The notes beneath the pieces are model-generated. The model was not told where the DNA came from and ran no database searches. It worked only from the letters and a program-made list of their open reading frames with translations. A stretch of 5,519 nucleotides of DNA from a virus (Duplodnaviria; Heunggongvirae; Uroviricota; Caudoviricetes), in IMG/VR virus record IMGVR_UViG_2703718781_000016. One strand, given 5' to 3'. Below are positions 1 to 5,519 of this stretch, piece by piece (positions within the stretch are counted from its first letter, which is position 1; each line of letters opens with the position of its first letter). Both the position numbers and the translations under genes were made by a program.

Positions 1-48
1 TGCCGTCTTTCAGCACACCTGAAATCTTAACTGCCATATTCACCCCAC

Positions 49-74
49 AAAAAAGCCCGCCTTAACCGGCTGGC
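49..74 (-). terminator. Putative Rho-independent terminator downstream of lom
   Basis: On the minus strand: imperfect hairpin aGCCAGCC-GGTTAA-GGCGGGCt (7-8 bp stem, one central A.G mismatch) followed by TTTTTT (complement of the A-run at 49-54). It lies about 27 nt after the lom stop codon. Seen directly in the sequence; strength not computed. Confidence 0.4.
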
Positions 75-101
75 TGTCATAACTCTGTGTTACCTGGCTA
101 A

Positions 102-701
102 TCAGAATTTATAGCCGACACCCACGATGAAGCCGTCAGTGCGCCAGTCGCCACTGCCGGAGCCTTCATAAGCAATATCAATGGCCACGGATTCGGTCGG
201 GTTAAACTGCACGCCAGCCCCCCACGCCAGAGACGTGTTGCTGTGGCGACCGTCATCACTTCCGGTCAGCACGTCGTGCGTTTTCCCCTTGTTGTCAGTT
301 ACGCGGAGATAATCCCCGGAGAAAGTCGACACACGGCTGTAAGCCACACCCGCCATCGCATACGCGCTGAACCATTCATTCACGCGCACAGACGGCCCCG
401 CCATTACGCTGAACCAGCGGTTACGAACGGAATCTTCATGCCAGCGGGTATCGCTGTAACGGGTAAGCTGGCGATTCCTGTCTCCTGCATAGCTGAATGA
501 CGTCACCATCCCCAGCGTATCCGTAAACTCATAACGGTATTTCACGTTAATCCCGTTAAGATTATCGCTACCGGGAGCGTTCGTCCGGGCATGAAGATAC
601 CCCGCGCTCAGCGTGGCCTGCTGCTCAGACGCCCATGCAGGCGCACCGGATACGGCCAGACAAATGGCTGCGGACAAAATGGCGGCATAAAGTTTACGCA
701 T
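102..701 (-). CDS. lom: Lom/Ail/PagC-family outer-membrane beta-barrel protein (lambda Lom-like)
   Basis: 199-aa ORF. The N-terminus looks like a signal peptide ([24 protein letters not shown]). The C-terminal ...[28 protein letters not shown] matches the lambda Lom C-terminus as I recall it, and internal motifs ([24 protein letters not shown]) are shared. Terminal aromatic residue F is typical of OMP barrels. RBS GAGAGG lies 5 nt upstream of the ATG. Position immediately downstream of J matches the lambda gene order. Confidence 0.9.
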   Translation of the reverse strand: MRKLYAAILSAAICLAVSGAPAWASEQQATLSAGYLHARTNAPGSDNLNGINVKYRYEFTDTLGMVTSFSYAGDRNRQLTRYSDTRWHEDSVRNRWFSVMAGPSVRVNEWFSAYAMAGVAYSRVSTFSGDYLRVTDNKGKTHDVLTGSDDGRHSNTSLAWGAGVQFNPTESVAIDIAYEGSGSGDWRTDGFIVGVGYKF

Positions 702-725
702 AATTACCTCTCGCTTTTCTGCAAT

Positions 726-749
726 AAAAAAGGCGTCATTTCTGACGCC
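726..749 (-). terminator. Intrinsic terminator-like hairpin between J and lom
   Basis: On the minus strand: GGCGUCA-GAAA-UGACGCC (perfect 7-bp stem at 732-738/743-749, 4-nt loop) followed immediately by UUUUUU (complement of the A-run at 726-731). It sits 18 nt after the J stop codon and about 25 nt before the lom start. Confidence 0.5.
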
Positions 750-767
750 CGTTCTGGGTTATAAAAT

Positions 768-3700
768 TCAGCTGATACTGATACCTGCTGTGGATTTTTT
801 CATCACCACAACCAGCAGATCGCTGATACTGGTTGTTGGTGTCCAGTTATTCGCTCCTGATGAAGATACGGTGAATGTCAGTGTCAGCGTCCCCTGTCCG
901 GCAGGCATATCTATAACTGAGGAAAATACGCCCTGAACATCCGTCGTGGACTGATTAAAAATCTCCTGACCATTGCGGGTCACTCTTAACCGGCAGGTTG
1001 AATACCAGTATGACTGTTGGTTATTACTGTTGAAATTCTCATGCTTACCACCGCGGAATAACACTGGCGGTATCATGACCTGCCGGTCAAACTTCTGATC
1101 ATCACTGATTCTTACCGTGATGGTGCCACTGGCATAAGTGCTCGTGCGGGGGAAAGACTTGCTGACCGTTTTGACAATATCGCCTTCAATCTGGTTGGCT
1201 GACAGTTTCCCCTTAATCTGACAGTTCTCATTAATCGTGACGTTGTTGAGCGTCCCTGAGTTCGCATTCACACTGCCACTGATATCCGCATTTTTCGCCG
1301 TCAGTCGCCCGTCCGGCGTCAGGGAAAATGCCGGAGGATTGCCGGATGACGTGATGCTCACCGCAAACAGTCGTTTCAGGAACACGTCGTTCATGAACAG
1401 CTGATTCCCCTGCGCCACAAATAACGGCGTGCTGTTGCCGCTCTCCGGATTTATCATCGCGATACGGTCAGCCAGCAGCAGTATGTTGCTCAGTGGCTGG
1501 CCATCAGTATCCTCAATCCCTGCACCAATCCCGGCCACATAGGGTATGCCATTTTTTGTTTTCTGTACCTTCAGCATGTAAAGTGCAGCAAGGTCATCAT
1601 TTGTGTCCTTCTGCACGCGCTGTATCTGCTGTATGGTGGCGCTCTGGTCCTCCAGCGTTTTACTGACCGTCTGTGTGATTTCATTGCGGGTTTCTGTGAT
1701 GGTGGTCTGCATTTCCGCCATCTCGTCCTTCAGCTGACTGTTGTCAATCTCTGCCCACAGCGCCTCTGCCAGATGCGTTTTTCCTATCTTTTCCCGGAAA
1801 AGTTCCAGATAGCCCGCAGCATCATTGCTCGCCCGTCCACTGGCTTCCACAAAAGCAGATTTACCCACCAGGTTGACGCTGCGCACATAAAACCAGAAAT
1901 CCTTTCCGGGCTTAATGTGCGGACCGGAGACACTCCACTGACTGCCGGTCCCCAGATAACGGGCAGAGGTTTCCACCTGTGCGGCGTCTGCAATTTTTGC
2001 CTCCGAAAACCAGAACTCAAACTGCACCGTCGGGTCATAAATGGTCAGTTTCGGGACTGCCGTTATCTGAAAATAGCCCGGTGTCAGCTCAATCGTGGCG
2101 GGTACCGCAGGTGCATTAATCCTGAACGTGGTGGTGGCCGGTTCCCCCTGCTGGCCATAACTGTTAATTGCCCTGACTGTCAGGGTGTATTCCCCGAGCG
2201 GCAGACCACTGAAACGATGCTCTGTATCCGCAGTGATGGCGGTGGTCACCAGACGGCTGTCTTCTCCGCTTCCGCTGGTCAGGCGCAGACTGAAGCGCAC
2301 ACCCTTCACCACCCGCGGCGTGTCCCATTTCGCCTGTGCCAGATACTGGCCGTCAGCTGCGCTCACCTCCACCGTCAGGTGCTGCACTGCCGGAGGGATG
2401 ACGCTGTTCAGGGTGCCGCTCTGGTCGCCGTCAAAGTGCGCCCCGTTATCCACGATGGCTTCTTTCTCCGGCACATGCTGCACTGCCGTGATGGCAAAGG
2501 TACCGTCCGTGTTTTCCCGGATGGAAACACAGCGGAACAGGCGACGACGCAGTGACGGCAGGGATAGTCCCCATACACCGTATGTCTCCACACCATCAGG
2601 CAGGGTGCTGACCTGTATCCGGTCCGGCGCGGGGTGTGCGGTGATGTCCACACTCACCGGCTTACCGCTGCCGTTAATCAGGTTCACCGTGGCGGCACCG
2701 GTCTCCGGCAGTGTCACCTCACGGTCCAGCGTCAGGGTGCGGCTGGCGGCATCGATGGACAGGACACGTCCGCCGGTCATGGTCCCGGCATAGTCGTTAT
2801 CACAGATTTCAATAATGTCACCGGGTGTGTGACGCAGCCCCTGTGACCCGAGCGTGAAATCCACCGTCTGCGTTTCCAGCAGTCCGGTCTTTATCACCCA
2901 CAGCCCGGCACGGTGGGCCTGACCGCGACTGGTGCAGCCGAACGCATCCATCTTCAGCAGGTTGCGCCCGTAGCGCAGTATGGCTTCCGGGTCTTCCACC
3001 AGTTCCGTGGAGGTCTGCCAGCCGTTCTGCGGGTCGGTGTAATTCACCTCCACCGCCGTGTGGCGGTCCTTCAGGGCGCTGAAGCTGTAGCGGAACCCCA
3101 CGCCGTTATCATCCACCACCACATCGCTGTTGGTGTACGGCCACACCGCATCCGACGGGCGGTCCTGAACGAACGTCAGCGTCTGGCCGTTCCATACCGG
3201 CATACAGCGCATCGCCGAGCAGAAATCACTGAGAACGTCCCACGCCTTACGCTGTTGTGACAGGTACGCATTAAAGGTCATCCGCGGCTCTGTCCCTCCG
3301 AAGCCGTCCGGGACACGCTGGTCACAGTACTGCCCGATGGCATACAGCGCCCACTTGTCCACATCCGCGGCCCCCAGGCGTTTTCCCATGCCGTAGCGCG
3401 GGTGAGTCAGCATGTCCCACAGGCACCAGGCCGGGTTGTTGCTGTATGCCGGTTTCAGGCTGCCGTCCCAGATGCCGCTGTACGTGCGTTTTTCCGGGTC
3501 ATAGTTTGACGGTACCTGAATGATGCGACCGCGGATATGGTAGTTCACCGTCATCTGCTGACCGCCAAACTGCTCCGCATCCACCTGCAGCCCCACAATC
3601 GCCGTGTTCGGGTAGCACTGTTTCACATCGATGATTTCGGTGTATGACGACCAGAGCGTCTTATTCTGCAGCTGGTCCGTGGTGCTGTCCGCCGTCTCCC

Positions 3701-4247
3701 TGACCATCCGGATGTTAAAGGGGCGGGGAGGCAGATTCTCCAGAATCACCGACGCCAGGTACTGTGAGGTGGTCTTGCCGTTAATGGTGACATCCTTTTC
3801 CGTCACCCAGTTACCGTTACGCTGCAACTGAATCAGCAGTCGGACAGAAGAGGGATTACGGTCGCCCTTTGAGGTGGTCTCCAACAGTGACTGCACCCCG
3901 AAGGTGACCCGCAGGCGGTCAATGTTCGCGGACGTAATGGTGCGCGTCACCGGCTTTGCCTTCGTCACTTCCACGCCCAGTGCGGTTTCAGCTCCGGAGG
4001 ACTCAAAGCCTTCAGGTGGTGTCTGCTCCTGCTCCCCGGCGCGCCAGACCGCTGTCACACCATGTATCACAGGATTACCGTCCGTGTCCGTCAGCGGGGT
4101 TTTGTTCACCAGGATACTCTGCAACCCCTTCACCGAACCTTCAATCGGCCCTTCACCAATGGCGTCAATCACGCTCATCATCTGCGTGGACTTAAGATTG
4201 TCCTTTGCCTCTACCGGCGTGTGCGCCTTGCCGCCACCTTTACCCAC
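768..4247 (-). CDS. J: Tail tip host-specificity protein J (central tail fibre), lambda gpJ homolog; 1159 aa with the GTG start
   Basis: The long minus-strand ORF (768..4307 in the track). From the position aligned to the lambda J N-terminus (lambda [30 protein letters not shown]...; here [31 protein letters not shown]...), long stretches are near-identical to lambda J as I recall it (for example [55 protein letters not shown]). I place the start at the GTG at 4245-4247 because it is preceded by the Shine-Dalgarno GGAGAGGGGGA with 5-nt spacing and aligns with the lambda start. The upstream ATG at 4307 would add 20 residues translated through the heptamer repeat tract. Confidence 0.9.
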   Translation of the reverse strand: MGKGGGKAHTPVEAKDNLKSTQMMSVIDAIGEGPIEGSVKGLQSILVNKTPLTDTDGNPVIHGVTAVWRAGEQEQTPPEGFESSGAETALGVEVTKAKPVTRTITSANIDRLRVTFGVQSLLETTSKGDRNPSSVRLLIQLQRNGNWVTEKDVTINGKTTSQYLASVILENLPPRPFNIRMVRETADSTTDQLQNKTLWSSYTEIIDVKQCYPNTAIVGLQVDAEQFGGQQMTVNYHIRGRIIQVPSNYDPEKRTYSGIWDGSLKPAYSNNPAWCLWDMLTHPRYGMGKRLGAADVDKWALYAIGQYCDQRVPDGFGGTEPRMTFNAYLSQQRKAWDVLSDFCSAMRCMPVWNGQTLTFVQDRPSDAVWPYTNSDVVVDDNGVGFRYSFSALKDRHTAVEVNYTDPQNGWQTSTELVEDPEAILRYGRNLLKMDAFGCTSRGQAHRAGLWVIKTGLLETQTVDFTLGSQGLRHTPGDIIEICDNDYAGTMTGGRVLSIDAASRTLTLDREVTLPETGAATVNLINGSGKPVSVDITAHPAPDRIQVSTLPDGVETYGVWGLSLPSLRRRLFRCVSIRENTDGTFAITAVQHVPEKEAIVDNGAHFDGDQSGTLNSVIPPAVQHLTVEVSAADGQYLAQAKWDTPRVVKGVRFSLRLTSGSGEDSRLVTTAITADTEHRFSGLPLGEYTLTVRAINSYGQQGEPATTTFRINAPAVPATIELTPGYFQITAVPKLTIYDPTVQFEFWFSEAKIADAAQVETSARYLGTGSQWSVSGPHIKPGKDFWFYVRSVNLVGKSAFVEASGRASNDAAGYLELFREKIGKTHLAEALWAEIDNSQLKDEMAEMQTTITETRNEITQTVSKTLEDQSATIQQIQRVQKDTNDDLAALYMLKVQKTKNGIPYVAGIGAGIEDTDGQPLSNILLLADRIAMINPESGNSTPLFVAQGNQLFMNDVFLKRLFAVSITSSGNPPAFSLTPDGRLTAKNADISGSVNANSGTLNNVTINENCQIKGKLSANQIEGDIVKTVSKSFPRTSTYASGTITVRISDDQKFDRQVMIPPVLFRGGKHENFNSNNQQSYWYSTCRLRVTRNGQEIFNQSTTDVQGVFSSVIDMPAGQGTLTLTFTVSSSGANNWTPTTSISDLLVVVMKKSTAGISIS

Positions 4248-4251
4248 TCGG

Positions 4252-4262
4252 TCCCCCTCTCC
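4252..4262 (-). promoter_or_regulatory. Shine-Dalgarno / ribosome-binding site for J
   Basis: Minus-strand sequence GGAGAGGGGGA followed by ACCGA and then GTG. It is purine-rich and complementary to the 16S rRNA 3' end. Confidence 0.55.
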
Positions 4263-4290
4263 TGTCTGATGTCTGATGTCTGATGTCTGA
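4263..4290 (-). repeat. Perfect tandem heptamer repeat, (TGTCTGA)x4 on the plus strand = (TCAGACA)x4 on the coding strand, in the J 5' leader
   Basis: Read directly: four contiguous identical 7-bp units at 4263-4269, 4270-4276, 4277-4283 and 4284-4290, followed by a degenerate partial unit (atctg). The tract lies between the minus-strand terminator-like hairpin and the J RBS. Confidence 0.9.
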
Positions 4291-4305
4291 ATCTGTTTAT
4301 GCCCC

Positions 4306-4336
4306 AAAAACGACAGGCACCCCGGAGGGTGCCTGT
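4306..4336 (-). terminator. Terminator-like hairpin inside the I-J intergenic region (minus strand)
   Basis: On the minus strand: ACAGGCACCC-UCCG-GGGUGCCUGU (perfect 10-bp stem at 4313-4322/4327-4336, 4-nt loop), then CG and UUUUU (complement of 4306-4310). This is the classic intrinsic terminator architecture, on the same strand as the tail genes. Confidence 0.5.
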
Positions 4337-4470
4337 GTCATGACGGAATAAAATTTCTGAATTTCTTCACATTTTCTGTACGCCCCCGTGGCAGATATCA
4401 TTCCCGGGCGTTACAGTTTTTTCGGGCCAATAAAAACAAAACTCCCTGTGGTTAATCTTCATTTTCTGTT

Positions 4471-4502
4471 CCCGCAGCCTCCATACACTGCGGGATTTTT
4501 TT
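4471..4502 (+). terminator. Terminator-like hairpin on the plus strand (antisense to the tail operon), abutting the I stop codon
   Basis: On the plus strand: CCCGCAG-CCUCCAUACA-CUGCGGG (7-bp stem at 4471-4477/4488-4494, 10-nt loop), then A and UUUUUUU (4496-4502). On the minus strand the same hairpin follows the I stop codon but is preceded, not followed, by the homopolymer run. Confidence 0.45.
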
Positions 4503-4507
4503 ATGCT

Positions 4508-5188
4508 TTACCCCTGCCGCCCGATAACCACCACCTTCCCGTCACCGCCTTCATCACGGGTACTGATGTCCTGGGAGATTCGCCGTGAGCCAACCAGCAT
4601 TTCACCGTAAGGCACCGGCATCGGGTTCCCCTGAGCAATCATGTTATCCAGCGACGAAAAGTACGTGTTCTGTTTACCGTTATCCGTTGCCCTGTATTCC
4701 GGTGTTTTTGGCTTCGGGGCCAGCATCTGTGCCACACCACCCAGTATCATGCTGGCACCCAGTGAAAACAGCATCGTGGTGGCAGAAAAACCGCCGGCAC
4801 TCAGCGCTGCACCCCAGGCTGCCATCGATGCTCCGGCCGTGAAGAAAGAGCCCACGATGGCTGCCGCCCCCAGCACAATCTGCAGTCCGCCCTTTCCGGC
4901 TCCGGCCAGTCGCGGCACAATATGGATGACCGCCCCCTCACCCAGAGGTTCGTGAAGACGGGCGTACACCGCCTCCGGTGCCGTGTCCTCACCGCGAATA
5001 CGTATCTGGTACCAGCCTTCGTTCATCTGACGGCGGAATCCCGGCACCTGTAACGACAGCGCCCGGATGGCTTCCGCTGCCGTGTTCACGTACAGGCTGA
5101 GGCGGCGGCCAAATCGTTGCAAATCCCCGTGAAGGCAGATGCGTGCCAGTGGCGGTGACGCCAGACAGAATGCGTTCGTCGTTGCCAT
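4508..5188 (-). CDS. I: Tail assembly protein I (lambda gpI homolog)
   Basis: 226-aa ORF. Motifs ARICLHGDLQRFGRR, AVIHIVPR, the Gly/Ala-rich hydrophobic segment QIVLGAAAIVGSFFTAG...FSLGASMILGGVAQMLAPK and TDNGKQNTYFSSLDNM match lambda gpI as I recall it. The start lies 103 nt inside the 3' end of K, the same overlap as lambda K/I by my recollection of lambda coordinates. Possible RBS GAGAGG upstream. Confidence 0.9.
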   Translation of the reverse strand: MATTNAFCLASPPLARICLHGDLQRFGRRLSLYVNTAAEAIRALSLQVPGFRRQMNEGWYQIRIRGEDTAPEAVYARLHEPLGEGAVIHIVPRLAGAGKGGLQIVLGAAAIVGSFFTAGASMAAWGAALSAGGFSATTMLFSLGASMILGGVAQMLAPKPKTPEYRATDNGKQNTYFSSLDNMIAQGNPMPVPYGEMLVGSRRISQDISTRDEGGDGKVVVIGRQG

Positions 5189-5519
5189 TTTTCGGAATAC
5201 CTCTCCCGTTTACTCAGTTGTTCAGGCAGATGGTGAAGCAGTTCACCGTTGCCGCAGTAAATGGCGGCATGATTGGCCACCGATGCGCCAAAGCAGCACA
5301 GCAGGATATCGCCCGCCTGTGCAGAGGACAGGGGCACCCGGTAAAAGCCGGTGACCGCCATATTGTCCAGGTAAAGGTTCTGACCGTTGCGCCACCAGTC
5401 ATCCTCACGCTCAAAATCCGGCATATCAATTCCCGCCAGATGGTATGCATCCCGGAACAGCGTGTAACAGTCCGTCACCCCGTGCTCAAAGCGCCGTCCT
5501 GTCAGATGTGGCACACAGC
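5086..5519 (-). CDS. K: Tail assembly protein K (lambda gpK homolog), C-terminal part only; N-terminus lies beyond the window edge
   Basis: The open frame runs to the window end (the first in-window Met at 5514 is not the true start). The visible part has a Cys (VTDCYTLF) and downstream His residues (ANHAAIY, LLHHL) consistent with the NlpC/P60-type papain-like fold attributed to gpK. Placement immediately upstream of and overlapping I fits the lambda K-I-J-lom order. Confidence 0.85.
   Translation of the reverse strand, partial: CVPHLTGRRFEHGVTDCYTLFRDAYHLAGIDMPDFEREDDWWRNGQNLYLDNMAVTGFYRVPLSSAQAGDILLCCFGASVANHAAIYCGNGELLHHLPEQLSKRERYSEKWQRRTHSVWRHRHWHASAFTGICNDLAAASACT

Noticed and set aside
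243-500. 85-aa plus-strand ORF antisense to lom
   Set aside because: Fully contained within lom on the opposite strand; His/Arg-rich translation with no start-site signals; lom itself is strongly supported.
1773-2793. Long plus-strand ORFs (260 aa at 1773..2555 and 202 aa at 2185..2793) embedded antisense within J
   Set aside because: They lie entirely inside the strongly supported J coding region on the opposite strand. Their translations are Arg/Cys/Pro/His-rich and low-complexity, as expected for antisense frames of GC-rich coding DNA, and no RBS or recognisable motifs are evident.
2913-4283. Further plus-strand ORFs inside J (115 aa, 66 aa, 131 aa, 79 aa, 73 aa)
   Set aside because: Same reasoning: antisense to conserved J sequence, low-complexity translations, overlapping one another in different frames.
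4263-4290. Possibility that the heptamer repeats are a CRISPR array
   Set aside because: The units are 7 bp, contiguous and have no spacers; CRISPR repeats are about 24-48 bp and separated by unique spacers. This is a simple tandem repeat.
4300-4405. Small minus-strand ORFs in the I-J intergenic region (about 34 codons, [34 protein letters not shown], and 17 codons, MKINHREFCFYWPEKTV) as candidate micro-proteins or type I toxins
   Set aside because: No convincing RBS, not hydrophobic or membrane-like, and the longer one reads through the terminator hairpin. They cannot be excluded without ribosome profiling, but the sequence does not support calling them.
4388-4588. 66-aa plus-strand ORF starting in the I-J intergenic region and extending into I (antisense)
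   Set aside because: It would be translated straight through the plus-strand terminator hairpin and U-tract and then antisense into I. It begins at a GTG without an RBS and is Pro/Phe-rich with low complexity.
4585-5450. Plus- and minus-strand alternative-frame ORFs overlapping I and K (85, 104, 63, 71 and 78 aa)
   Set aside because: All are nested in or antisense to the conserved K and I coding sequences and have Arg/Pro/Cys/Trp-rich translations characteristic of spurious frames.
1-5519. Other system types: integrase or attachment site, toxin-antitoxin pair, defence system, tRNA, insertion sequence
   Set aside because: The window is fully accounted for by K-I-J-lom plus short intergenic regions. 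No tRNA-like structure, no long terminal inverted repeats, and no additional protein-coding gene with start signals were seen.

Overview
This window is the distal tail-tip module of a lambda-like (lambdoid) prophage, with all genes on the minus strand: K (partial, runs off the 3' edge of the window), I, J and lom. Identification rests on my recollection of the phage lambda proteins (the Lom C-terminus matches almost exactly; the J N-terminus, the gpI core and the 103-nt K/I overlap all match); no database search was run. The main departure from lambda is the I-J intergenic region, about 260 nt here versus about 60 nt in lambda as I recall it. It is AT-rich and contains two convergent terminator-like hairpins, a perfect (TGTCTGA)x4 tandem heptamer, and then a strong Shine-Dalgarno sequence with a GTG start for J. 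I consider this the best candidate for an undescribed small regulatory or sRNA locus, but no promoter is evident and the evidence is structural only. J is mosaic: its N-terminal two-thirds are lambda-like, while a central coiled-coil segment and the C-terminal ~150 aa (receptor-binding region) diverge. lom is bracketed by terminator-like hairpins, consistent with an independently expressed moron. The long plus-strand ORFs inside J, I and lom are rejected as antisense artefacts.
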